From: Nemertoderma westbladi
Lineage: Eukaryota; Animalia; Xenacoelomorpha
NCBI GenBank assembly: GCA_032718475.1
Contig: JAUCBJ010005561.1
Location: forward strand, 1-35,598
Length of the DNA: 35,598 bases
Direction of reading: 5' to 3'
The position numbers and the translations under genes are program-made. The first letter of the stretch is position 1. Every line of letters begins with the position of its first letter. Below the pieces are notes generated by a model. The model was not told the origin of the DNA. It saw only the letters and a list, made by a program, of their open reading frames with translations, and made no database searches. Below are positions 1 through 10,882 of this stretch, one piece after another.

Positions 1-321
1 ACAGGATAATTTCAGTTCAGTAGCTCGGGATTGGTCGAAATCAGAACTAACTCAACGCAGGGCTATGGGTAACTAGGGCAACCTTCCCAAGCCGGCTGGC
101 CAATCGAACATCTCAGATCCCTCCTAAAGGATTCCAACGCCTTGGAGGGGGGAACTGGTTAGCAAAGAAAACAAATCAGTCATATCCCAGAAAAACCTTT
201 ACAGTAGGTTTCAGAGTATTTTAGCGTATGGGGGAAAAACTGGGTTGCGGGGCGAAGGGCCAGTTACATCCCACAGAAGCTTTTACAACAATTCAAACCT
301 TCCCGCTATTTTAGATAATAA

Positions 322-401
322 TTAAATAAATTGGAGATGAGCTGTTGCAACTGTAATTAATTTACATTACAGTTGCAACAGCTCATCTCCAATTTATTTA
401 A
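322..401. repeat. Perfect 36-bp inverted repeat (hairpin, 8-nt loop)
   Basis: TTAAATAAATTGGAGATGAGCTGTTGCAACTGTAAT (322-357) is the exact reverse complement of 366-401. Confidence 0.95.
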
Positions 402-1530
402 CTAATATCACCTGGCAGCAATACTCGAGCTGAAAATTTATTTATTTGTACTTCCCTCCTGTTTCATTCACTCTAGCATACTTGATGCCTTTTCATCCGT
501 CAGGTCCGCTGTTAGAGATATAATATATGCAACTTAAAACTGCTGCCAGTTCAATGGAAGTGGATTATGTGGGAGTTTGAGTGTCAGGGGCTAGTGGCTG
601 AGCTGGATAGCGCTACTGATGAGGCCTGTTAGTTAGGCCTTACAAGAACATATGTTATAATGTTATAATTTTTAATAAAAGTAGATAATAACAAGTTATT
701 AACAACGGGTAACAGACGTTTCGGTCTATCTAAGACGTGTTGGCCTAGGACGGGGGGGGGGGGGGCTTATCAACTCTCGTCCCGGGGCACCATTACCTAC
801 CTAGCTAGCTATATAGTCTTAGCTATATAGGCTTTACTGTTGTTTGTTTCTGTTACCTTAATTAACCACAAATACATAAGGATTTTCTAAACTACTTTAT
901 ATCAACTTACCACACATGCGAGACATTCCTCGTCAGCTGTGATTTCACCTTCCGGTGCCATTCCTTTACATCGCAGTCCTATAGCAACCGTAACTAGCGT
1001 TGCGAAAATCAACAATTTTATCATTTTAATATTAATTGTAATTTATATTATTATGATCTATATATACTTGATGTAATCTAGATAAAAGTATAATGTAGAA
1101 TTACTATCAATACATGGGAATATAATCTAACTTTATATCCCGCTGTTACTGTGATGTATAAGAACACGGTTAGACAACTGTTGATATGGTCTGTGAGCGA
1201 ATGGGTCTGAAATTGTACAGTGTTAATTTATTTGAAACAAGTAGGAAGTACAGTAGGTGGTGATAAATTTTCAGGCACATTGTAAGTTTTCGGAATTTAT
1301 ATTCTTTAAAAAAACTGTAATTCAATGATTAATATAATGGAAATTATGTTAAGGACGATTGTAATTATAATAAATAATTATATAATGAAAGAAAATAATG
1401 AAGTAAGATATTTCCTATCAGTCATTTTGAGCTGATAAACCAAGTTGATTGACGTAATTTCAATCTGTTCGCAGCAGAATTCTACCATAATTATATCACT
1501 CTTTTTTTATTGCTTCATTTATGGATTTCC

Positions 1531-1702
1531 ATAAATTAGTCATCCATTTCTATTCTGATTGGTTCCTTGATAGTCAGAAAGTATTGTACCGAACATTCGA
1601 AAATTGTACCAACATAATGCAAAGGTATTGTACTCAGCAGAAAAAAATGTTTCAATCTCATCTATCAATCAATCAGAATAGTAGTGAATGACTAAATTAT
1701 GG
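1531..1702. mobile_element. Short MITE-like element with ~35-bp imperfect terminal inverted repeats
   Basis: CCATAAATTAGTCATCCATTTCTATTCTGATTGGTT pairs with AATCAATCAGAATAGTAGTGAATGACTAAATTATGG. No clear TSD; family not assigned. Confidence 0.5.
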
Positions 1703-2292
1703 ACGCCTTTATACTGTAACTTATGAAAATAAAACTGTTTTTAGAAGTACTAAAGTGCTAACAAACAGCAGTCCTGCAATGGCAAAGTGCTAACTGTTTT
1801 AAAGTGCTAACCTAAAGTGCTAACACTCCCTGAAAAAAAGTTGTTAAGACAAGTTGACTACAATTTCGGGTTCCGATTGGCTCATTTCGAAGTGTTAGCA
1901 GTTTGACCCCTTTGCAAGCACAAATTAAAAACGTCAAATAGCAACAAATTTTAACAACTGCCCCCTAGCGACCAGATTCAGAATTACTGAAAAAGGTAAA
2001 GTGCTAACTGTTATCACTATAAAGTTTCTTCATAAGACATATTCTAAATGTTAACTCTTTAAGACAAATTTTGTTGTATAATTATTGCATAGCAAGCCAG
2101 ACCAGATGTTAGCGTTTTATAACTAAAAAAAATAACATCAATTTATTATTAATCGAGCCGAGATCACAAGAGGTAATTTTGAGTTTCTGAAATGAATAAT
2201 ACCGTCCAACAGAAAGCATAAAGTGCTAACATTAGGACTATTCATATATTAAACATCTATGTCTTATGCAACTACTGTACTTCATGGATTTC

Positions 2293-2540
2293 CAGATAGG
2301 GTGGGCTGGACGCAATAAAAATTCATCCCTCTCCAGGGGAAATTTGACGCAAATAACAGATGATTACCCTCAAAAATAAAACTGTAATCTATTCTATTGT
2401 GTTTAGTTTATTGTTTTGGTTAAAATAACGTGCCACTGTAACCTGCTTCTTTCCCTAAATTGAGAATTTAACATTGACGCGGGATATTAATTCGCCAAGG
2501 CGGGTTTTGCGTCCAGTCCCCCCCCCCCCCCCCCTGTCTC
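2293..2540. mobile_element. MITE with ~22-bp TIRs and 8-bp TSD (hAT- or P-like)
   Basis: CAGATAGGGTGGGCTGGACGCAA ... TTGCGTCCAGTCCC(C)nTGTCTC, flanked by TGGATTTC (2285-2292) and TGGATTTG (2541-2548). Confidence 0.65.
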
Positions 2541-3294
2541 TGGATTTGGTAGTAGTATCCAATATGGGTCTGTAAATTTATCGGGTTGCCATAATTAAAG
2601 GACCGGGCCTACCCGGATTGAAATTTAAATTGAAATATGGCAAGCAATCGTAACCATTTCTTTATTCCCATAATTAGAAATTATTATTATAATTATTATG
2701 CTTTTTATATTAACAATAGATCACAATATGACAATGTGTTTCTGAAATAAATAATTCCAGTCAACAGAAAGTATATAGTGCTAACATCAATACAAACATT
2801 CATTGTCTTATGTGTGTAACAACCCCCTTTGGTAGCCTGATAAATTAGCCAATGGAAACGCAGATATGTGGGACATAAAAGGAGCTCTGAAAGAAAATAA
2901 TAGGCGATTTAGTATGTCCTCCGCCTCCATGTATTCTATGTTTTGATTGTTATTTTAAACTCGAATGGCCGTGGTCTCGTTTTCGACAATTTATTTATTG
3001 CTACTGAGCGGTAAAACATCAGTTTTGTAATCTAAGGCACTAGTGCATTTTAGTCACACAACCCTCCAATTTTTTTTATATTATTAGCTTTTATATTATT
3101 TTATTAAATTCTCTATTTATTTTTAAATATTGTTCTAGAACGACAAATATAGAACGTTATAATATATTTTATTTATTTGTATGGAATTAATTTCGCACTA
3201 CCAAATCGCCAGGGCGACATATTTTCCAGCTGTATATCGCAGTGCGAGATTATTTCTCAGTATGTCCCTACGCCATACATTTTACTGTATTTCC

Positions 3295-3550
3295 TACTAC
3301 TAGGATCGGCATGCTGCATTGCAGCTGCATTTTTAAGAATGCTGTGCCGGCTTGTCAACAAAATTGCACCGCCACAACTCCCTATCACCCATGACATTTG
3401 CTAGATCATCCGCATCTTTAAGGCCAGTGTCCTTTAAGATGCGTCTCAAGAAAGTCATGGGCTGTCCACCATGCTTATTCACTCCATGAGGCTGCCAAAG
3501 TACAAGATTATGCACTGGCTGGTCCTCACGGCGAAAGCAATGTCCTGCAA
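3295..3550 (-). mobile_element. 5'-truncated RTE-like LINE (3' end with TAG-repeat tail)
   Basis: Near-identical reverse complement of 29270-29559; flanked by an exact direct repeat, 3241-3294 = 3551-3604. Confidence 0.92.
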
Positions 3551-4183
3551 AGTGCGAGATTATTTCTCAGTATGTCCCTACGCCATACATTTTACTGTAT
3601 TTCCAGTAGGCCCCCTATATCCAGTATGTCACCGCGTCATTAATAGGCTGTTCTAGAAACTTTAAGTGCATAACTACTAATAATTCTACACAAATAAATA
3701 ATATAGTTATTGTTACATTATGTCAACTTAACAGCGTTCTGATGAAATACACGTAACGCTGCAAAGTACTACTTTGCAGCGTCGCGGCCTATAGGCACGG
3801 TGGGGCTGAACCAACGTTTTATAAAATAAAAATGCCCAAACTAACTGATTTCATTTTTTGGTATACTTTTTTTAACACCCTGGTTCCGACCCTGATATTT
3901 TAAAAATCTTTTGCCGGTGTCTTTTTCTTAAAATTACTAAATAAATTAGTAATACTATTTATAATAATGCTATATATATTATAAAAAATGCCCAGACAAA
4001 ATTATAGCATTTATCGTGAATTTAAATCAAACTGATTTCGTATCTGTTAATTTTATAATATTTAGTCGGTGTCTTTTAGAATAATTAAATAAATTAAATA
4101 TTAAATAATATTAATATTATATTAGTAAACTGGCTAATACTGTATATTCAATTGTAGTGAAGTCAACTTACCGTACTGCTATT

Positions 4184-4260
4184 GCATTGATATTAGTATC
4201 ATTCGAACCGCCCATTGCCTAAATCGACCAGTGCGGTTCGAATGATACTAATATCAGTGC
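4184..4260. repeat. Long hairpin (24-bp perfect core stem, ~21-nt loop)
   Basis: TGATATTAGTATCATTCGAACCGC ... GCGGTTCGAATGATACTAATATCA. Confidence 0.9.
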
Positions 4261-4366
4261 CAGAATACCAGTATACCAGAATGTATTATTTCCATTTATA
4301 TTAATGCGTGATTCTTTATTCAATAAAGCAGCACGTGTTTTCATAATGTGTGCGTTCAGTTTGAAC

Positions 4367-4419
4367 TGACGTGACTAGCTGCACAATGACGTGTCACAAT
4401 GACGTACGTACAATGACGT
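4367..4419. promoter_or_regulatory. Cluster of four CRE/ATF-like TGACGT sites upstream of ORF 4803
   Basis: TGACGT at 4367, 4387, 4400 and 4414, three of them as ACAATGACGT. Function is inferred only. Confidence 0.4.
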
Positions 4420-4802
4420 GACGAACTGAACGGTGACTCAGTTTGTTTCAGTCGACGACGGATCAAAGACTTATCATATTCATGCAGGAGATAACAACAA
4501 TAAACTTTAATTAGATATAAAAGTATAGCACCGGTAGGCCTACCTATTAATAATTTCCACTAATATTCGAAATAGTACATGATTAAAAAGTATAAATGGG
4601 TATCCATAAAATCCTTTCTTCACATACCGAACGCTGATACTGTAAGTTGACATAATGTAACAATTTTGAAAAAAATTCAAGTGTGGGGTTACCACCACCC
4701 CCCCCCCCCCCCCCTCCCCTTAAGACACCACGGCCATTCTAGAAGAAAGATTTTCGGTCATTCTAGAAATTAATATGAAATTTAAAATTTAAATTATTAA
4801 AA

Positions 4803-5456
4803 ATGGCGTTCAACGCAGGATTAATAAAGCGGAAAAGATATCCACTTCGAAGTAAAAAAAATATTGAGAACATTCCAAATGAGCCAGTTCCTGTATTAAT
4901 GGATGCAGTGGGTGGATGGGGTTGCGAGATTAACGGAGAAAAGACTCCACTTGACTCAGTGTCAATGCAGACTGTCGGTGAATCTGGTTGTACGATTGAC
5001 GGAGAAAAGACTCCACTTGACTCAGTGTCAATGCAGCCTGTCGGTGAATCTGGTTGTACGATTGACGGAGAAAAGACTCCACTTGACTCAGTGTCAATGC
5101 AGCCTGTCGGTGAATCAGGTTGCGTGATTGACGGAGAAAAGACTCCACTTGACTCAGTGTCAATGCAGCCTGTCGGTGAATCAGGTTGCGTGATTGACGG
5201 AGAAAAGACTCCACTTGACTCAGTGTCAATGCAGCCTGTCGGTGAATCTGGTTGCGCGACTGACGGAGAAAAGACTCCACTTGACTTAGTTTCAATGCAG
5301 CCTGTCGGTGAATCTGGTTGCGCGACTGACGGAGAAAAGACTCCACTTGACTTAGTTTCAATGCAGCCTGTCGGTGAATCTGGTTGCGTGATTGACGGAG
5401 AAAAGTACAGTATCTTATTAATTGTTATTGTTGTTTATTTATTGTTTATTGTGTAG
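4803..5456 (+). CDS. Hypothetical 217-aa protein: basic N-terminus, seven 22-aa repeats, hydrophobic C-terminal tail
   Basis: ATG in AAAATG context, 39 unique N-terminal codons, in-frame repeats, and C-terminal SILLIVIVVYLLFIV. It may be an ORF only because the repeat unit is a multiple of 3. Confidence 0.4.
   Translation: MAFNAGLIKRKRYPLRSKKNIENIPNEPVPVLMDAVGGWGCEINGEKTPLDSVSMQTVGESGCTIDGEKTPLDSVSMQPVGESGCTIDGEKTPLDSVSMQPVGESGCVIDGEKTPLDSVSMQPVGESGCVIDGEKTPLDSVSMQPVGESGCATDGEKTPLDLVSMQPVGESGCATDGEKTPLDLVSMQPVGESGCVIDGEKYSILLIVIVVYLLFIV
4920..5405. repeat. 66-bp tandem repeat, ~7.4 copies
   Basis: Unit GGTTG..GATTGACGGAGAAAAGACTCCACTTGACTCAGTGTCAATGCAGCCTGTCGGTGAATCT; period 66 (4986, 5052, ...). 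Confidence 0.97.
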
Positions 5457-5499
5457 TGTAAATATTAGTGTTTTAAATAAATTAAATATGTGTGTGTAT

Positions 5500-5597
5500 A
5501 TTTTGTATATTGTAAATATTATCTATATATTGTAAATATTTTGTATATATTATAAATATTTTGTATATATTATAAATATTTTTTGTATATATTGTAC
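5500..5597. repeat. AT-rich ~20-bp tandem repeat
   Basis: Repeated TATTTTGTATATATT(G/A)TAAA. Confidence 0.8.
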
Positions 5598-7011
5598 ATT
5601 TAAATCAAATTATTTTAATAGCATGAAAATGCGTAATAGCCACTGCAGCCATGTTACCAATTTACAATGGTGAATCCTTAATCCATTTAATTATTGCACA
5701 TAATCATCATAGGGCATCTGGAATATAATGTATTTTTGGGGTAGGCCTACCTCTGAATCCCCCCCCCCCCCCTCCCACATCAATAGATTCTACAAATCTC
5801 TATGAGATAGCACGAAATTAAAACAGATAACGCCCGCTCCAGATAGTACTGTATCAGATAAATAGTATGTTTTAGAATCAATTTGGGACTATATAATTGT
5901 CAAACAATCAAAATAACACTATAAGATAGATGTTCGGTAATATTACATAAATAATATTTATACTGTACTAACTGTACTAAAATTAATTTTTACTAAAAAC
6001 TGTACTAACTGTACTGAACTAAAATATACATTGTTGTACATTTATTTTAATTTGTATTTAAGAAAAAATATCTTGACGTTGTTGAAACTAAATAAATATT
6101 TAAAACAAATTTATTAAATATTTAGGACTTTTATAATATTATTCGATATCCTTTCAAATAACAAAGAACTGAGAATGAGTTAGCACTTTATGATTTGTGG
6201 TGTCTTGAAATATTCAACACAAAAACACATAATTATTATCTTTCCAAATATACAGATAGCTTTACTTCAAACTCCTAACTTTGCTAATATTAACTATTGT
6301 TATTGGTGTTTTTAGCAAGTTAGCACTTTAGAACTCTTGAGCCCTCTTGCGGGTGGTGCAGAATTGGTGTTGCTAAGTGTTACTAAATTCTGTTACTGAG
6401 TTAGCACATTAGTACTTTCAGAAATCACTGGTATGGTGTCACTTTACCAAGGAAATCCCGCGTTAGCACTTACAGACTTATGTGGTGCGTGCACAGTATT
6501 AAAATTATGGCAAAATTCTGCCATAGTAAATCTGGGCTAATTAACAATATTATTATTATCAATAAGGTGGAAGGAACGCGTTTTGTTAGAAATATTGTAT
6601 TTGAAATAAAAGTAAAAAATTGCTTATTCCCTATAAATAAGATGCGCTTTTTAGGGTAGTACACAGCACTATACCCCAAATACAGTAATTCAGATATTTT
6701 GTTTTGGTACGCATGCAAACATAGCATAGTTATAAATTCACAATTCCTTCTACCAACAACAAATACGGCTATAACAGCTTAACAATTACGCTAGCTCGTC
6801 TCTGGAATTCCCAGCCGATATCTACTAAAAAAATAAGAAATTTTTCAAAATCTAAATCCACTGTGTGAAGAGCACCTTCCTAAACAAATTTCATAGAGAC
6901 GAAGTAACTTAGTTTTAATCGTCGGCACACCATCTGTAAATCTACCCTGTCTGTGTTAACCTGTGTCATATTTGTTATTCGTTTATTAGTTACATTTACA
7001 GTATTATTATA

Positions 7012-7931
7012 CAGTAGTGGCCAAAACAATAAGGCACCCATGCAAAAGTATTTTTTTCAATTTTTATTCTCCTTTTTATTCAACTTTTTATTCAATTGTT
7101 ATATTTATTGTCTATAATGTTTACTCTAATAGTACAAAATAGTACCTATTCCATAATCAGGTTAGACTTGTTTACTGCAGAAGTTAATATTGTCTAATAT
7201 TACTTAAAAATACTGAATACCATCAATATTTCGTAGGGAAACCTTTATTTTTCAGCACAGCGGTAATACGGCTCGGCATGCTGTCAACTAGTTTTTTGCA
7301 GGTTAGTGTTATGATACTTCATCAGGGTTAGTATTGTTATCCTGTAGGAAGAAAATACTTTGAAAAAATTGTATATTGCATACATAGTCATACCAGTACT
7401 ATGCTGAAAAATAAGGGTTCATCTACGAAATATTAAATTTATTCAGTATTATTAACTATATTAGAGAATATTAACTTATTAAGCAACAAAGTCTAATCAT
7501 ACAAATGGAATAAGTACGATTATGCAATCTTAAAGTCAACATTATAGACACGAAGTGGGGACTTCGCGCAGCACGAAGTTGGCACAGCCTTAGCGAATTG
7601 ACACTGTTAGGGGGTAGGTCAATTTATGCAAATAGTCACGTTGGCCCTCTAGCGGCAGACTGGAGAACTGCAGATGGATTCGCCTCCTTTGAAAGTCACA
7701 GCTAATGGTCTAATACACATCTGCCAAGTTTCAGCTTAAACGGATTAAAAGCAAAGAAATGGGAGGGCATTTAATGTTTAGACATGTGGCCCTCTAGCGG
7801 GAGACCATTGCACTGATGGTGTCTGAAAGTCTCTCAAAAATCTCAAGTTTTGCTCATATTGATACCTACAAATTTTCAACTTGGCAGCTTTAAATCCGAC
7901 AAAGTTATTAGCATGTCAAAATCGTAACGAC

Positions 7932-7963
<32 letters not shown>

Positions 7964-8131
7964 CAACGACGACGACGACGACGACGACAACTATTTGCAT
8001 AAATTGACCCACCCCCTAACAGTGTCAATTCGCTAAGGCTCCGCCAACTTCGTGGCTCGCCCCACAACTGTATAACAATTGTATAAAAAGTTACTTTTTG
8101 CATGGGTGCCTTATTGTTTTGGCCACTACTG
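7012..8131. mobile_element. Tc1/mariner-type foldback MITE interrupted by a HINE-like insertion
   Basis: TA|CAGTAGTGGCCAAAACAATAAGGCACCCATGCAAAA ... TTTTGCATGGGTGCCTTATTGTTTTGGCCACTACTG|TA, with long imperfect inverted arms inside. Confidence 0.85.
7548..8066 (+). mobile_element. Helentron/HINE (DINE-1)-like non-autonomous element, copy A
   Basis: Starts ACACGAAGTGGGGACTTCGCGCAGCACGAAG (hairpin), contains an (ACG)n microsatellite, ends CTTCGTGGCTCGCCCCACA. ~65-bp inverted repeats 7572-7636/7990-8054; no TSD seen. Confidence 0.7.
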
Positions 8132-8149
8132 TATAGTGTATATTACAGT

Positions 8150-8554
8150 ACACGAAGTGGGGACTTCGCGCAGCACGAAGTTGGCGAAGCCTTAGCGAAT
8201 TGACACTGTTAGGGGGTGGGTCAATTTATGCAAATAGTTGTCGTCGTTGTCACGTTGGCCCTCTAGCGGCAGACTGGAGAACTGCAGATGGATTCGCCTC
8301 CTTTGAAAGTCACAGCTAATGGTCTAATACATATCTGCCAAGTTTCAGCTTAAACGGATTAAAAGCAAAGAAATGGGAGGGCATTTAATGTTTAGACATG
8401 TGGCCCTCTAGCGGGAGACCATTGCACTGATGGTGTCTGAAAGTCTCTCAAAAATCTCAACTTTTGCTCATATTCATACCTACAAATTTTCAACTTGGCA
8501 GCTTTAAATCCGACAAAGTTATTAGCATGTCAAAATCGTAACGACGACGACGAC

Positions 8555-8586
<32 letters not shown>

Positions 8587-8680
8587 CGACAACGACGACG
8601 ACAACTATTTGCATAAATTGACCCACCCCCTAACAGTGTAAATTCGCTAAGGCTCCGCCAACTTCGTGGCTCGCCCCACA
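8150..8680 (+). mobile_element. Helentron/HINE-like element, copy B
   Basis: Near-identical to 7548-8066 but with different flanks. Confidence 0.7.
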
Positions 8681-9175
8681 TACAACCGCCGCGCCGGTAG
8701 TTATTCAGTGTATTCATATACTGTTGTAAATATCTATCTTTATTAAAATAGTATTCAATTTCTGGTACAATAGGCTACTGTATGCTTTTTAGTTTGTTTA
8801 CATTGGTACGGTACCGTATATTATAATACATTGTATACGTGTCGCGGCAGATTTTATTATTTTACGGTTTTATGATATCTTTAGTGTATTTTTTAGATAG
8901 CTTTTCTTCGCACAAATTATCGGTAACACGTATTGTGTTCACTGCCTTTTTGTTATTATTAATTTAAATTAAATTAAATGAACGAATAAAATGAATGATG
9001 ATGATGATAGTTCATTTATTAAAATAATAATTATTTTGTTGAAAATGTCTTCATTGCAGCAAATTGCAATTATCCATTTATTCAGTATAAAACACTGGTT
9101 CTGCATTATCGCAAAATTCTCGGTGATATACCGTGATTCTCATACATCCCGCATGAACCCTTTCATTGTATACTA

Positions 9176-10882
9176 ATCTCCTTCAGTTTCGTAAAGGAAT
9201 GCATATTCACCACCATGGCTGATCTTCCACAGTAAACCCTTCCACTCTGTTTCCTAAAGGAATGCCTGTTCACCACCATGGTTGATCTTCAACAGTAAAC
9301 CCTTCCACTCTGTTTCTCAAAGGAATCCATGTTCATCACCATTGGTGATCTTCCACAGTAAACCCTTCCACTCTGTTTCCTAAAGGAATGCCTGTTCACC
9401 ACCATGGCTGATCTTCCACAGTAAACCCTTCTACTCTGTTTCCTAAAGGAATGCCTGTTCACCACCATGGTTGATCTTCAACAGTAAACCCTTCTACTCT
9501 GTTTCCTAAAGGAATGCCTGTTCACCACCATAGTTGATCTTCCACAGTAAACCCTTCTACTCTGTTTCCTAAAGGAATGCCTGTTCACCACCATGGTTGA
9601 TCTTCCACAGTAAACCCTTCCACTCTGTTTCCTAAAGGAATGCCTGTTCACCACCATGGCTGATCTTCCACAGTAAACCCTTCTACTCTGTTTCCTAAAT
9701 GAATGCCTGTTCACCACCATGGTTGATCTTCAACAGTAAACCCTTCCACTCTGTTTCTCAAAGGAATCCATGTTCATCACCATTGGTGATCTTTCTCAGT
9801 AAACCCTTCCACTATGTTTCCTAAAGGAATGCCTGTTCACCACCATGGTTGATCTTCCACAGTAAACCCTTCCACTGTGTTTCCTAAAGGAATGCATGTT
9901 CATCACCATGTGTGATCTTCCACAGTAAACCCTTCCACTCTGTTTCCTAAAGGAATGCATTTCATCACCATTGGTGATCCTCTACAGTAAACCCTTCCAC
10001 TCTGTTTCTCAAAATAATTCCTGTTCAACACCATGGGTGATCTTCCACAGTACGCCCTTCCATTCTGTTTCCTAAAGGAATCCCGTGCACCACCATGGGT
10101 GATCTTTAACAGTAAACCCTTCCACTCTGTTTCTCAAAGGAATCCATGTTCATCACCATTGGTGATCTTCCACAGTAAACCCTTCCACTCTGTCTCTTAA
10201 AGGAATGACTGTTCACCACCATGGGTGATCTTCCACAGTAAACTCTTCCACTCTGTTTCCCAAAGAAATGCCTGTTCACCACCATGGGTGATCTTCCACA
10301 GAAACCCCTTCCACTCTATTACCTAAAAGAATGCCTGTTCATCACCATGGGTGATTTTCCACAGTAAACCCTTCCACTCTGTTTCCTAAAGGGATGCCTG
10401 ATCACCACCATGGGTGATCTTCCACAGTAAACCCTTCCACTATGTTTCCTAAATGAATGTCTGTTCACCACCATGGGTGACCTTCCACAGTGAACCCTTC
10501 CACTCTATTTCCTAAAGGAATGCCTGTTCACCACCATGGGTGATCTTCCACAGTAAACCCTTCCACTCTGTTTCCCCAAGAAATGCCTGTTCACCACCAT
10601 GGGTGATCTTCCACAGAAACCCCTTCCACTCTATTACCTAAAAGAATGCCTGTTCACCACCATGGGTGATCTTCCACAATAAACCCTTCCACTCTGTTTC
10701 CTAAAGGGATGCCTGATCACCACCATGGGTGATCTTCCACAGTAAACCCTTCCACTATGTTTCCTAAAGGAATGTCTGTTCACCACCATGGGTGACCTTC
10801 CACAGTAAACCCTTCCACTCTGTTTCCTAAAGGAATGCCTGTTCACCACCATGTGTGATCTTCCACAGTAAACCCTTCCACT
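9176..10882. repeat. 63-bp minisatellite, ~27 copies
   Basis: Unit CTTCCACTCTGTTTCCTAAAGGAATGCCTGTTCACCACCATGGGTGATCTTCCACAGTAAACC; period 63 (9231, 9294, ...). Confidence 0.97.

Larger units (their letters stand above)
3709..4664. repeat. Pair of inverted repeats bounding a ~950-bp segment
   Basis: ATTGTTACATTATGTCAACTTA..CAGCGTTC (~3709-3739) is inverted at ~4629-4664. The interior holds two hairpins and an imperfect ~160-bp duplication. Confidence 0.6.
1719..6482. mobile_element. Unclassified non-autonomous DNA element with inverted subterminal arrays of AAAGTGCTAAC
   Basis: AAAGTGCTAAC at ~1752, 1784, 1801, 1814, 1998 and 2220; its reverse complement GTTAGCAC(T/A)T at ~6179, 6319, 6400 and 6462. 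1737-1762 pairs with 6400-6425. ACTTATG direct repeat at 1719-1725 and 6476-6482. Confidence 0.55.

Noticed and set aside
610-740. Hammerhead ribozyme (CTGATGAGGCC..GGCC at ~616; reverse-strand GACCGAAACGTC at ~715-726)
   Set aside because: Each has only half of the catalytic core and they lie on opposite strands; at most Penelope-type remnants.
3756-3782. CRESS-virus origin (AAGTACTAC nonamer-like)
   Set aside because: The nonamer deviates from NANTATTAC, lies mostly in the stem, and no Rep ORF is present.
7876-8717. Arg-rich protamine-like ORFs (7876-8103, 8490-8717)
   Set aside because: Translation of the (ACG)n microsatellite inside HINE-like elements.
9176-10882. CRISPR-like array
   Set aside because: Units are contiguous head-to-tail with no unique spacers; there are no cas genes and the context is eukaryotic. 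The same applies to 4920-5405.
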